A DNA stretch of 64,000 nt from a virus (IMGVR_UViG_3300010049_000009:192001-256000); one strand, 5' to 3'. Positions 48,117-59,100 are shown, counted from the first letter of the stretch. Notes: generated by a model not told the origin, from the letters alone. Translations and numbers: made by a program.

Positions 48117-50814
48117 TAAAGTAGACATTTCAAGACAATCGAAAATTAAGGTGGTGTGGAACACATATTCACACCTATACACAAAGGACATTGAAAAGCA
48201 AATCATAAATGCTTTCAGTAAAAAATATAATATTCCGAAAACATCTATAAAGGTTGAACCAAAAGTTAAAGTTGTTGACGAACAAGGAAACGAAATATCT
48301 GTAAAAACAGAAGTTATTGATAATATCCACGACCCGAACTTCCAAAAGAAATTATTTCAAGAGTTTATCAGGATAAACAATATCGAAAACATAGATTTCA
48401 ACCAAATAAATATTATTGATGATGAAATTAATGAGAGTATTGACTATAATCAATACGCTAAATTCAATAAAATCACCGTCAAATGGATAGAAGTTAAGAA
48501 CTTTTTATCGTTTGGACCCGAATTAACACGTTTGGATTTAACCGAATTAAGTGGATTAGTTCTTATTGCCGGTGAACCCGCAAACCAAGCAGGAAAATCA
48601 GTATTAACCGGTGATGCTATTCGATATTTACTATATGGTAAAACCAATAGAACAAATTCCCAAGACACCATATTCAATAGATTTCTTAAACAAGAAACAG
48701 AAGTTATTGTGCGTGGTTGTATCGCCATTAATGGGGAAGAATTTGTTATAGAAAGGAAATTAACAAGGGCAAAAAAGAGAACAAAAACCTCAAAAGCAAG
48801 TGGTACAGTTCAATACTTTAAAGTTATTGATAAGTTTTGGGACCCCGAAAAACCGTTGGAAGATTACGATCCTGATACATTTGATAATAAATCGGGTGAC
48901 GTTAGAAACACTAATAAGGTTATCAAAGAATCTCTTATGAAAGAAGATGATTTTAACCTTATTACAACAGCAAACGCTAAAACGTTAGACGGTCTAATTG
49001 ATACCGGTGAAGCAGGATTATCCAAATTGTTCTCACGTTGGATTGGTTTATCCGTTGTCGAAGATAAAGAAGTTATTGCGAAAAGTTTGTTTAAGGAAAA
49101 AAGTAAAAACTTCTTATCCAACCAACATTCAACCGACCAACTTCAACAAACTAATATTGAACTCAACGATAATATTACAAATGGTCGTGAAATGTTAGTT
49201 AAATTTAATGAAAATCTCACTTCACAAAATAAAGCGATAGTTGATTTAACAAAAGCAAAGGAAGCGTTGATAGCAAGTAAGGGTGTGGTTGATGAAAAAA
49301 TTGTTAAACTTGATTTTGAAACACAGGAAAAACGTAAAGCGGAAATCGTTGAACAAGGTAAAAATCTTCGTCTCCAAGAAAAAGAATTTTCGGATAAAGT
49401 TACCGAATTGAAAGATGTTATTATTACGGTAGATAAAAATGTTATTGAAAAGAATAGACAAAATATAACACAAACTAATGATCAACATAATAAGTTAATT
49501 AGTGAAACCAAAGACTATCATAATAAACTCATCACTAACATTAAAGAAGGGCATAGTTCAAACATTGCAAATATAAAAGAAAAAGCAAATAATCAAATAT
49601 TACCATTAGTCAGTGATATTGCAACCATAAAAGCAACTCACGCAGCATTAAAAGAAGAAAATGTGAAGTTAGACGGTAGTAGGGTTTGCCCAACTTGTAA
49701 GCGTTCTTATGATGCCGATGTTTTGAAAAATATTAATGATACCATAAAATCAAATTCCGAAAAAATGGAAAAATTGAAACAAGAAGGTATTGTTAAAAAT
49801 AAAAACAAAGAAATAATCGAAAAAGAATGTACTGATACAATTGCGAAGGCTGAGTTGGAAATAAAAACAAGACTTGAAAAAGCGGAGACTGATATGAAAA
49901 ATATTATTCTTCAAATGGAAAAGGAACAAAAAGATACCATTGATAAACTCACAAAAGAAAATCAAGAGTTAATTGATAAGTTGGAGTTGGAAACAAAACA
50001 GATTGACGAGCGCAACAGGTGGGAATTGAAACTATCCCAAACAAGAGTTGAAATTCAAAAATCTCTGAACGATTACAATGAAGTTGATAAATTACTCAAA
50101 GAATATGTCGCTAACAAAGAAACCATACAGAAAAATATGGAACTCGACATACAAGTTGGTAATATGAATATCCGAATTAAAACCGAAGAGGAAATCAAAG
50201 AAAATATTATAAAAGAAATATCCAAAGTACAGAATAATATTGATATTTGTGAAAAACAAGTTAAGGTGAACACCGAATTGATTGGTAAATTATATATAGA
50301 AAATGAATATATAAAACACCATCAATTATTGATTTCCCTACTATCGAAAGACGGTATTAAAAAACTTGTGCTGCGCAATATAATTCCATTAATCAATAGT
50401 AATCTGAATAATCTTCTGAATGACCTTACAGATTTTAGTGTGGAAATTATAATAGATGAAAAGAATAATGTGAATTTTAATATTATAAAAGAAGATGATA
50501 ATGGGGAAATTGAAAGCGGCAACCTAAAAAGCGCAAGTGGATTTGAACGTACTATGAGTTCATTGGCATTGCGCTCTACATTAGTGAAATATGGTGCAAT
50601 ACCTCTTATTGATTTTTGTGTTCTTGACGAAATTACGGCGTGTGTTTCCCCACATAATTATCATTTACTATATGAATTATTTCAAAGGTTTAATGATAAC
50701 TATTCAACTGTTTTTGTTATTTCACATTCAGACGATTTCAATAGTTTCTTTGAAAAAATGATAACAGTTAAAAAAGAAAAAAATGTTAGTAGAATAATAA
50801 AGAATAAAATATAA
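48109..50814 (+). CDS. SbcC/Rad50 (T4 gp46-like) SMC ATPase
   Basis: KNFLSFG, GEPANQAGKS, coiled coils, CPTC zinc hook, ASGFE signature, VLDE, ISH. Confidence 0.92.
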   Translation: MIDKVDISRQSKIKVVWNTYSHLYTKDIEKQIINAFSKKYNIPKTSIKVEPKVKVVDEQGNEISVKTEVIDNIHDPNFQKKLFQEFIRINNIENIDFNQINIIDDEINESIDYNQYAKFNKITVKWIEVKNFLSFGPELTRLDLTELSGLVLIAGEPANQAGKSVLTGDAIRYLLYGKTNRTNSQDTIFNRFLKQETEVIVRGCIAINGEEFVIERKLTRAKKRTKTSKASGTVQYFKVIDKFWDPEKPLEDYDPDTFDNKSGDVRNTNKVIKESLMKEDDFNLITTANAKTLDGLIDTGEAGLSKLFSRWIGLSVVEDKEVIAKSLFKEKSKNFLSNQHSTDQLQQTNIELNDNITNGREMLVKFNENLTSQNKAIVDLTKAKEALIASKGVVDEKIVKLDFETQEKRKAEIVEQGKNLRLQEKEFSDKVTELKDVIITVDKNVIEKNRQNITQTNDQHNKLISETKDYHNKLITNIKEGHSSNIANIKEKANNQILPLVSDIATIKATHAALKEENVKLDGSRVCPTCKRSYDADVLKNINDTIKSNSEKMEKLKQEGIVKNKNKEIIEKECTDTIAKAELEIKTRLEKAETDMKNIILQMEKEQKDTIDKLTKENQELIDKLELETKQIDERNRWELKLSQTRVEIQKSLNDYNEVDKLLKEYVANKETIQKNMELDIQVGNMNIRIKTEEEIKENIIKEISKVQNNIDICEKQVKVNTELIGKLYIENEYIKHHQLLISLLSKDGIKKLVLRNIIPLINSNLNNLLNDLTDFSVEIIIDEKNNVNFNIIKEDDNGEIESGNLKSASGFERTMSSLALRSTLVKYGAIPLIDFCVLDEITACVSPHNYHLLYELFQRFNDNYSTVFVISHSDDFNSFFEKMITVKKEKNVSRIIKNKI

Positions 50815-50819
50815 AAAGT

Positions 50820-51131
50820 ATGTATATAACAGTAGATATAAATAATTATGCGTGTATATTACTCCTAATTCTATTTAGTGGGTATATTCTATATAAAATT
50901 TTTCAAAAAAAGAAAACAAAGTTGTTATCTTATGAAATGGAAGATTTGTTGATAAATTCGTGGATTTTGAAAGTAGAAGAATCTTATTTCTTCGGAATGA
51001 TTAAGATAACAAAAAAATTCAGATTTAAAATTCCGATAAATTCTGATATTGATGATTATTTAAGGCATTGGGATCAGATAATTGAAGGTAAATATCAAAT
51101 AGGTTTAACAAATAGCGAAGAAGTAAAATGA
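50820..51131 (+). CDS. membrane-anchored hypothetical protein
   Basis: N-terminal hydrophobic segment followed by KKK. Confidence 0.6.
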   Translation: MYITVDINNYACILLLILFSGYILYKIFQKKKTKLLSYEMEDLLINSWILKVEESYFFGMIKITKKFRFKIPINSDIDDYLRHWDQIIEGKYQIGLTNSEEVK

Positions 51132-51541
51132 AAAAAGTAGTTAGATTTAGTGTTTTTGAAACAAATAGTAGTAGTTCGCACAGTTTCACTGTTGGTCCCC
51201 TAATAATAGCAGAAGGTTTTGAACAAAAAGCGTGTTATTTATTGGGTTCTTTATTTGCTTGGGTGGAAATGGATATGGAAGAAACAGAAATATTCAAACT
51301 TATACAACGGTTAAAACCGGATTTTGAATATGACCCAAATATCTTTGACAATAGAGCGGAAGATTTTGATTGTGCATTAAATAACGATTTTTTATATAAA
51401 AGGTTTAGACCATCATATAGTTTTCCTAATGATAAACTTGAAGCAACAATAATTGCTTGTAGTGATTGGAAAATAAATGAAAACGTTAAAGAATATTTAA
51501 GAGATGATTCTGTAATTTATTCAGATGGATTTGGAAGATAA
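51128..51541 (+). CDS. conserved phage hypothetical protein (ETNSSS family)
   Basis: VRFSVFETNSSSSHS N-terminal motif. Confidence 0.7.
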   Translation: MKKVVRFSVFETNSSSSHSFTVGPLIIAEGFEQKACYLLGSLFAWVEMDMEETEIFKLIQRLKPDFEYDPNIFDNRAEDFDCALNNDFLYKRFRPSYSFPNDKLEATIIACSDWKINENVKEYLRDDSVIYSDGFGR

Positions 51542-51556
51542 TAATAACATAACAAT

Positions 51557-52438
51557 ATGGTAAAGAAAATAATAATGATAGCGGACATACATATCAAATG
51601 TAACCGCTTACACGAAGAATATCAAGAGGTTTTAACAAACTTCATAGAAGATATTAAACCAATATGTGATGAAGAAACATTGATATTGGTGGCGGGTGAT
51701 ATTGTGGATAATTTCGTTAATATTTCTAACGAATTGGAAATAATTGTATCATGGTTCCTCAAAGAATTGGATAAAATATGTCCTACTATTGTAATAGCAG
51801 GTAATCACGATTGCACACGCGGTAATTTAACCAAGACTGACACATTAACACCAATATTCAAAATGGTGGATTTCCGTCAGACACGGTTTTTAGACATGGA
51901 ATTAGAATATAAATCAGGTATCATTGAATACGATAATAAGTTTTCTTTTGCTGTTTATAGTCTTTTTGATGGGTATAGAGAACCCGATATAAAAACATAT
52001 AAGAAAAACAACCCCGATAAGGTTGTAATTGGATTATTTCACGGTGCACTTGTAGGAAGTAAAACCCCAATCGGTTTCACAATGGAAAAGGGGAGTAATT
52101 CAAACATATTCGGAGATTGCGACTTGGTATTGGCGGGGGATATTCACATGCCCCAAACAATAATATTAAAGAATAATACTGAAACTATATTGAGACAAGA
52201 AAAACAATTCCCATTAAAGTTTCATTATTCGGGAAGTCTTATTCCCCAAAATTACGGTGAAAAAATTGATGGTCATGGGTACTCAATAATAACACCAATT
52301 TGGTATCTAAATGGCGATAGAGTACCGGAGTTTAAAATAGAACACGTAGAAGTGGAAAACCCATACAAACTATATTCTTTTGAAGTAAACAGTTTGGAAG
52401 ATATAGAAAATAATTTGGAATCATTAACCAATAAATGA
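51557..52438 (+). CDS. SbcD/Mre11 (T4 gp47-like) metallophosphoesterase nuclease
   Basis: ADIH, AGDIVD, AGNHD, FHG, GDIH, YSGSLI.QNYGE. Confidence 0.92.
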   Translation: MVKKIIMIADIHIKCNRLHEEYQEVLTNFIEDIKPICDEETLILVAGDIVDNFVNISNELEIIVSWFLKELDKICPTIVIAGNHDCTRGNLTKTDTLTPIFKMVDFRQTRFLDMELEYKSGIIEYDNKFSFAVYSLFDGYREPDIKTYKKNNPDKVVIGLFHGALVGSKTPIGFTMEKGSNSNIFGDCDLVLAGDIHMPQTIILKNNTETILRQEKQFPLKFHYSGSLIPQNYGEKIDGHGYSIITPIWYLNGDRVPEFKIEHVEVENPYKLYSFEVNSLEDIENNLESLTNK

Positions 52439-52974
52439 CAAAGATAAATGATTATAAAGAAGATTTTAAATTCGCAAATAACCCAATAACTCAAAAACAA
52501 TTAGATCAAGTATATAAAGAAGTCTTTTTTCCAACATTAAAAGAAATAGAACTTATTGAAGATAAAAAAAGACAGTTTGAATTAGGTATAGATAAAATAA
52601 TACACTTTGATTGTAATAATTATATTACGTTAGAAGAAAAAATGCGTAGAAGCGCATATAACGATATATTAATCGAAAGATACCATATTGATAACAATGG
52701 TAAGAAAACAGCAGGTTGGTTATATAAAACCCGATGTGATATTCTTTCCTACTCAATATGCCCAAACGATATACTTGAAACACTATATTTAATACCATTT
52801 GTTTCATTGAGAATGGCATGGGAAAATAATCGGAAAGAGTGGGAAACCAAGTTTCAAATAAAAGGTGCTAATAATCGCACCCACATTACATATAACACCC
52901 CAATACCGATTAATGTCCTAACAAAAGAAATTCGAGATTTGAAAGTTTGGAAAAAAAATGTAGGTTTGTTATAA
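52435..52974 (+). CDS. putative PD-(D/E)XK nuclease
   Basis: GIDKII...LEEK...DILIE...GW...CDILSY. Confidence 0.6.
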   Translation: MTKINDYKEDFKFANNPITQKQLDQVYKEVFFPTLKEIELIEDKKRQFELGIDKIIHFDCNNYITLEEKMRRSAYNDILIERYHIDNNGKKTAGWLYKTRCDILSYSICPNDILETLYLIPFVSLRMAWENNRKEWETKFQIKGANNRTHITYNTPIPINVLTKEIRDLKVWKKNVGLL

Positions 52975-53000
52975 ATAACATAATAATAAAAATAATAATC

Positions 53001-53291
53001 ATGGTATTAGAATTAAAAACCAAAGAAGCAAAAATCGAATATGAAATATATAGACGTTTGTTTGCTGCATCAACACCACCAGGTGATTTTGACGAATTGG
53101 TTGCCAACGCAACAATAGACGAAAAGGGACAACGCCACATACCATTTATGGATTATGAAATAAGTCATAATGATATGGATGCTATTATTGACGCTGTTAT
53201 GAAAGAATACAAAGTCAAGAAAAGTATGCGAGGTGTGTACAAAACAAGAGTTTATTTGGGTTGTTCACCAAAAAGTAAAGTCGAAAAATAA
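53001..53291 (+). CDS. hypothetical protein
   Basis: ATG at 53001 after an AT-rich leader (track start 52947). Confidence 0.65.
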   Translation: MVLELKTKEAKIEYEIYRRLFAASTPPGDFDELVANATIDEKGQRHIPFMDYEISHNDMDAIIDAVMKEYKVKKSMRGVYKTRVYLGCSPKSKVEK

Positions 53292-53310
53292 TCTAAAAAA
53301 AAATTGATAT

Positions 53311-54162
53311 ATGCCTATAAAACCATCCAACCACGACAGGTCGGGGTATGAATATTACACCAAAGAAGAAACAGTTAGAAAAATAATTTATCATTATGAT
53401 TATCATTTCCGTAAAAGTGATATAATATGGTTGCCATTTAACAGTGAAGATAAACCCATATTTAAAATAATGTCGGAAAGATACCCAAATAAACGGGTGA
53501 TAACCAACCCCCACAAAAAAGAGTGGTACAACGAAAATATTGGTTGTTATGACTTTTGGGAATGGGTGGATGACGCGGAGTTTAGAACTATGATTCTGAA
53601 TAATAGGGTAATGGTATTTGATAATCCACCATTTAAAGGTGCTACGAATGTGATGCGAAATCTATTAATAGCGAGAGAACGTAATAAAAACCTTAATTTC
53701 ATTCTATTTAGTGACGCAATGACCGGTATGAATAAGGTTACTTCGCTCAATAAGAATGGTGCTATTGCTTATCACATATTGGGTAATGTTGAATTTGATA
53801 ACACCCAAGATAAAGATAAACGTATCAGTATTGCATTATTTTCTAATCTATTCGAGGAAATAAAATTTGTATATGGTATCGGCATTGATCAACGTGATAG
53901 AAATGGTATTCAACATTGGTCTGAAAGGTGTAATCTTCATAAATACAGAGACGAGCGTGGTGGACAGATTAGTTCTGCTGAATTAATTAACGTTTGTGCC
54001 AGGGGTACACCCGAATTAGGTGGTTATGAATTTAAGTTAAATAGATTTGATTTCACCCAAAAGTGTGTGAAGTTTGGGGGTTGTGCAATATACAACTTTG
54101 AAACCGATGAGGAAATGGAAAAACTTAACCAAAAGTTAGGTTTAGAAAACAGATATGGGTAA
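53311..54162 (+). CDS. putative N6-adenine DNA methyltransferase
   Basis: EYYT, IWLPF, YDF, VFDNPPF. Confidence 0.65.
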   Translation: MPIKPSNHDRSGYEYYTKEETVRKIIYHYDYHFRKSDIIWLPFNSEDKPIFKIMSERYPNKRVITNPHKKEWYNENIGCYDFWEWVDDAEFRTMILNNRVMVFDNPPFKGATNVMRNLLIARERNKNLNFILFSDAMTGMNKVTSLNKNGAIAYHILGNVEFDNTQDKDKRISIALFSNLFEEIKFVYGIGIDQRDRNGIQHWSERCNLHKYRDERGGQISSAELINVCARGTPELGGYEFKLNRFDFTQKCVKFGGCAIYNFETDEEMEKLNQKLGLENRYG

Positions 54163-54379
54163 ACAAGTATATATAACAGAAAAACAAATTGGTGTAATTG
54201 TCAAAGTTCTTTATACACTTGAAAATGTAACAGCGGTCGAACCGTTTGGAGAAGAGGCTGACGAAGCAACAATAGCAGCATATCATCAGGATATTGAAGA
54301 TAGAGACGAAATGCGAAAATTACTTGTAAAGTATTACGGTAAAGCAATACCCACCCTTCTTAAATATTTTGATGATTAA
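54155..54379 (+). CDS. hypothetical protein
   Basis: 74-aa ORF; stop overlaps the convergent terminase stop. Confidence 0.6.
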   Translation: MGKQVYITEKQIGVIVKVLYTLENVTAVEPFGEEADEATIAAYHQDIEDRDEMRKLLVKYYGKAIPTLLKYFDD

Positions 54380-56325
54380 TAACCTTGTTTAAATGGGTTA
54401 TATGTGTGATAATTTGAACCACAATTTACCGGAGCAGCATAAAAATTCCGTTTTTCTTTTTCTCTGTTTACCGTAGCGGTTCTTAAAAACCCAACAGGTT
54501 TTCTTTTTTCAGGAACAACTTCTTGTGTGTTTTGATTAGTTTTATTATCTACTAATGTTTTCGACCAATCCCTTGCAAATAACCCCAATGTTAGTTTAGT
54601 TTTGTTTTTTTGTGTTTCACCCTTTACAATATAATGTTCAAACACATATACACCCATTGCTAATGCCATTAAGGTATCGTCATGACAACCGTTGGCGTGA
54701 TCAACCTTACCATTCTTTATAATCCACGTTTCCGCTTCTGCGATAGTCCTCACACTTCTAATTCGGAGTGTATTGTGAGTTAACATTTCGATAAATTTGG
54801 AAATCATAAATGTACGCTGACCCTTTATGTGCATACCAGGTATTTTTTCAGACTGTGGTGTTTCAAATTCCTTCTTACTATCATCTTTAAGATACTCCTT
54901 ATTAACATTTATACCATAATATATGTTGGGATATTTCCTTGCAACCAACGCTAAACTCACTATTTCACCATAACCATTTGTATTATCTGTGATTATGAGT
55001 GCTTCATTATATATCAAACCATATTTATATGCTATATCGGCGACAATATCACCGGTCATTCTACCTTCAAATTCCGCCACTTGTTCAATGTATTTATCCC
55101 CCGTATCTTCATCAATAGCATCTACGTCTATAATTTCAATAGCAGAATTATCACCCGCATCACCACGTGATAGGTCGGCGGTGAGAATATACCTGTGTCC
55201 TGGAATAGGATATTTCCATATTCTCATTTCAGGATAAAGTGGGTCTGTTTTATAGTTTTCCGAAACGTTTTTATTACGCTGCATTTCTATAACTTCGGGT
55301 TTGATTGCTGTGTTACCTGAACCTAAAAACGAACATTCTAACTCCTGTGCTATTTTAACGGCATCGTTGTTTGAAGCATTACATTCACTAATATACCACG
55401 GTGATATTGCTCTCCAACCATCAGATTCCATTCTTTTCCAACGCTCCGGATCATACTTAACGTCACCCCCCTTATTAATTATTGTGTCTTCATCCCAAAT
55501 CTTTGTAACAATTTCTTCCCCCTTTTTATTGATACCGGGTACTTCTTTCCACCATTTGAGGTATTTGTTAAATCGTGGGTCATGATACCACTTCAAATAA
55601 GTAATCTTATAGTTATTTTTACCTAATTCTGCATTATGATATGTCTGATAATATAACTTATCTTTAAGATTAGGTGTGGATATCATTATAATACGTTTAT
55701 CCTTCACAGTACCAGCTGTTCTGATTACAGAAGCAGCAACCTCATCACCACGTTCAATAAACGCAGCCTCATCAAGCATAATAATTGAAGCAGCAGATAT
55801 ACCACGAGCGGCGTTAGGACCCGAACTTCTTGCATAAACTTTACAACTATTGAATAATTCTAACTCTTCTTGTGTGTTTTTGAGAAAAATATCTTTTTTA
55901 TTTACTAACTCACCCTCTTCATTTACATAATCTTTATCGGGGTGATAATAATCTTCACCAAAAAACCAACGTGGGGTTTGTTCAATAAAGGCTTTTACTT
56001 TACTTAAATCATCCTTTGACATACCCAATTTGTTAGTAACAATTACCGCTGTTTCCATTTTACCGGTAGGACATAATACCAAACTAGCAGCAATCCACGC
56101 ACAGGTAACAGTTGAATAACCCGATTGTCGGGGTTTTAATACAATTGAATTTTGATTATTAGCAATATTATATAAAAACTCTTTCTGTTTTGGAAAGAGT
56201 TTAAACTGTACACTCCGCTCTTGGGTGGCATCATACGTTGTTAAAAAATTTTCAATAAAATATATTCTACTTTTATCTTGAAAACATTTAACATATTCTT
56301 CTATTTGTTGTTCTTGTGTTATCAT
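54376..56325 (-). CDS. terL: terminase large subunit (T4 gp17-like)
   Basis: FKLFPKQ, LKPRQSGYST, IMLDEAAF, ISTPN, QELECSFLGSG, ADLSRG, HDD. Confidence 0.93.
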   Translation of the reverse strand: MITQEQQIEEYVKCFQDKSRIYFIENFLTTYDATQERSVQFKLFPKQKEFLYNIANNQNSIVLKPRQSGYSTVTCAWIAASLVLCPTGKMETAVIVTNKLGMSKDDLSKVKAFIEQTPRWFFGEDYYHPDKDYVNEEGELVNKKDIFLKNTQEELELFNSCKVYARSSGPNAARGISAASIIMLDEAAFIERGDEVAASVIRTAGTVKDKRIIMISTPNLKDKLYYQTYHNAELGKNNYKITYLKWYHDPRFNKYLKWWKEVPGINKKGEEIVTKIWDEDTIINKGGDVKYDPERWKRMESDGWRAISPWYISECNASNNDAVKIAQELECSFLGSGNTAIKPEVIEMQRNKNVSENYKTDPLYPEMRIWKYPIPGHRYILTADLSRGDAGDNSAIEIIDVDAIDEDTGDKYIEQVAEFEGRMTGDIVADIAYKYGLIYNEALIITDNTNGYGEIVSLALVARKYPNIYYGINVNKEYLKDDSKKEFETPQSEKIPGMHIKGQRTFMISKFIEMLTHNTLRIRSVRTIAEAETWIIKNGKVDHANGCHDDTLMALAMGVYVFEHYIVKGETQKNKTKLTLGLFARDWSKTLVDNKTNQNTQEVVPEKRKPVGFLRTATVNREKEKRNFYAAPVNCGSNYHTYNPFKQGY

Positions 56326-56398
56326 AATCGTATTTCATAATTTTGTTTTTATAAAATAAAATTATTCTATTACATTCAAACTATTATTCTTTATTTTT

Positions 56399-59011
56399 TT
56401 AAGAATTTCGTGAAATATAATCATCAAGTTCTGCCGACGTATCACGGATTGTGGGTGCTTCACCTTCACCATCCCAATCATTATCAGGGTGATTTTCTTC
56501 CGCTTCATTACTTCTAAGTGTTGCTTTTATTGCATTTTCCACTCTTTTAACAGTTTTAACATCTAATGGTTTAGTATCACTACCACCACACCAAGCAGTT
56601 GAAAGACCTTCTATGTAATCATAATCAAGTGTATCATTCGGGTCTAATTCGTCAAGAATGTCGCGTAATGATGTTGTTGTCATTGCTACCGCAGGTTTTG
56701 TTGGTGCAGTTGATTGAACATTTTGACCGAACAACTCCTTTCTTATCAACATATCCAATTTGTCAGAAGACATAATAGCCAATTTTGGGTTATTTAACCA
56801 TTTAAAAATTTTCTCTGTTGGTAATTGTTCGTGCGAAAATTCGTCTTTTTGAATTTGTGTAATTCTATTTATTATTCGTTTTCTATCTTTTTCTAAAAGC
56901 GGTGATTGCAACATTTGTGATTTAATTTCTAATTTCAAGTGCATCATATCAGTAAAATCCGACACACTTAAAGATAACCATTTTTTAATTTGGTTTCTTA
57001 ATGCTCTTTCACCATCATTTGCACCACCCCTTGAAGTATTTGTTTTGATCAAATTACCACGTGAATCATATGCAAAAAGTCTATTAGAATTTTTATCGAG
57101 AGTGTTTGTTGTTAAATCCCCATCATCTTTTAAACTATCATAATCATATAGTTGTTCACCTTTCTTCGCTTTACGTGTTGGACCAGAAGATAAATCAACA
57201 TTGGGTATAAATTCTTTTTCTTCGTCTTCGTTTAGTTTTTTACGTTTTAGAGATTCTTGTATATCACCACCAAACATTTCAGATACTATTCTTTTTAATG
57301 TTGAATTATCAACCTTATATTTTTTCATTATAATATCAGCATATGTTTCATCAGTAAGTATGTTTTTAATATAACTTCTTATTTCTGTACTTTCTTCGGG
57401 TGTATTATCACGTTTTGTTGATTTCTTTTCTTCATAAAACCACTCACCAATTCTTGCGTGAATATAAACCATAGCGTTCTTCATTGCTGCTTTTTCAATA
57501 AGTTCTTCCTGCGCATCAGGCGACATTTTTGTCCAACCCGCGCCAAATATACCATATTCTTCCCCACCAGGATTATAAACCTGTGCTTCGCGGTCGTAAT
57601 TTTTACTTCCTTTGAATTTAACATAGTAACCATCTTTAAACTCCATATGATGTAGGGTTTTTAAGTGTGTAATTAAACTCTCAAAACTTTTTTTATCATT
57701 TTCATCTAAACTTTCAATTTGTTCTTGGTTTGTACCAACAATTTTATCAATAAACCTATTAAGTGCGGGTGAAGAATCATATGCTCTCGTTATTCTTCTA
57801 TCAGGATTAAATGGGAGAGAAGGTAATATATCTTTTCTATCCATAATATCATCACGCATTTCCTTATCAGATTGTCCACCTAAAAGGTGTTCTTTCATTT
57901 TTAATTCATTTTCCGCTTCATAATCTTCTATTGCAAACTGAATTTCCATATCTATTGCTTCGGCAACAGTAGTGTATTCTGATAAATCATCCTCTATTTT
58001 CTTTATTTCACCCTTATCTTCCCAATTAGGGTGTTTGCGTTTAAATGCATCAACGTCATTATTTGGTATATCATACTCTTTTCCTGTTCCGTGAACCACA
58101 AACTGATACCTTGTTTCTGCTGCCGAAGGATCACCATCTTCATCCTCATATTTAATATACATTGTATCAAACTTACTAGTATCGAAACCGTCTTTGGTGG
58201 TAAAATCATTTCCTCTAAAAACATCTCTTACTTTTCCAACATATGTTTCATTTCCTTCCACATTCTTATTCGATCTATCTCGTTTGTCAGGTGTTTCTTT
58301 ATAAACCCTATCTATAATTCTATTTAAAATAGATGTTACGACCTGTGTGTCTTCATTAGTTTCTACTTTAATACCCTTTTCGGAAAGACGTTTCATTATA
58401 TATGCCGAAAACGCACTTGCTTGGTTATGTTGAATTGTTTTTTCGGGTGCAACATTGGGGTCTTCATCATCACCCATTGCTTCTTGCGCCGCCCTTTTTA
58501 TCACGTCTTGTTCCAATTGTTGTGCCATTATATTTTTAGCGCGCTTGTTGGTATCACTTTGTTTACCCGCATCATTTCTTTGATCAGTGGTTCGTCTTGA
58601 TAACCATATTGGTTCTTTGGTTGGTGTACCATCTTCTCTTGTAAATTCTATTTCAATAGGATTACAATCCGCATCAACATAATATTGACTTCCTCTACCA
58701 CCCCTTTCACAATCACTACCAACTATTTGGGCAACATAAACATTGTCGTTACCAAAATGGGGTTTCATTATTGTTGTTTTTCCTGTTTTTGAATTATTTT
58801 TTATTTTTTGTGCAGGTCTCAACATACCACCAAATACTTCCCCCTTTTCCCCATATCTTGGAACTTTAAACGATATGGGCATGTCAGTTCTAGGTAAACT
58901 ATAAGGGACACCATTTGATTCACCTCTTGACGGTGCTTCCTCATCAGTTGTTTTACGGTTTGCTTCGTTTATCGGATTTTTTTGGACTTTAATCCATTCA
59001 TTTGTTATCAT
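56399..59011 (-). CDS. 870-aa charged hypothetical protein, possibly virion-internal
   Basis: Long ORF, D/E/K-rich, preceded by the CTATTTATA motif, upstream of terminase. Confidence 0.7.
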   Translation of the reverse strand: MITNEWIKVQKNPINEANRKTTDEEAPSRGESNGVPYSLPRTDMPISFKVPRYGEKGEVFGGMLRPAQKIKNNSKTGKTTIMKPHFGNDNVYVAQIVGSDCERGGRGSQYYVDADCNPIEIEFTREDGTPTKEPIWLSRRTTDQRNDAGKQSDTNKRAKNIMAQQLEQDVIKRAAQEAMGDDEDPNVAPEKTIQHNQASAFSAYIMKRLSEKGIKVETNEDTQVVTSILNRIIDRVYKETPDKRDRSNKNVEGNETYVGKVRDVFRGNDFTTKDGFDTSKFDTMYIKYEDEDGDPSAAETRYQFVVHGTGKEYDIPNNDVDAFKRKHPNWEDKGEIKKIEDDLSEYTTVAEAIDMEIQFAIEDYEAENELKMKEHLLGGQSDKEMRDDIMDRKDILPSLPFNPDRRITRAYDSSPALNRFIDKIVGTNQEQIESLDENDKKSFESLITHLKTLHHMEFKDGYYVKFKGSKNYDREAQVYNPGGEEYGIFGAGWTKMSPDAQEELIEKAAMKNAMVYIHARIGEWFYEEKKSTKRDNTPEESTEIRSYIKNILTDETYADIIMKKYKVDNSTLKRIVSEMFGGDIQESLKRKKLNEDEEKEFIPNVDLSSGPTRKAKKGEQLYDYDSLKDDGDLTTNTLDKNSNRLFAYDSRGNLIKTNTSRGGANDGERALRNQIKKWLSLSVSDFTDMMHLKLEIKSQMLQSPLLEKDRKRIINRITQIQKDEFSHEQLPTEKIFKWLNNPKLAIMSSDKLDMLIRKELFGQNVQSTAPTKPAVAMTTTSLRDILDELDPNDTLDYDYIEGLSTAWCGGSDTKPLDVKTVKRVENAIKATLRSNEAEENHPDNDWDGEGEAPTIRDTSAELDDYISRNS

Positions 59012-59029
59012 ATCAAATATTATTTTTTT

Positions 59030-59038
59030 TATAAATAG
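59030..59038 (-). promoter_or_regulatory. putative late promoter motif CTATTTATA
   Basis: About 19 nt upstream of the 870-aa gene. Confidence 0.55.
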
Positions 59039-59100
59039 TATTTTATATGTAATTTTATAGGGATAGTATTAAAATCTCATAAACTAAATAATATACCGAT

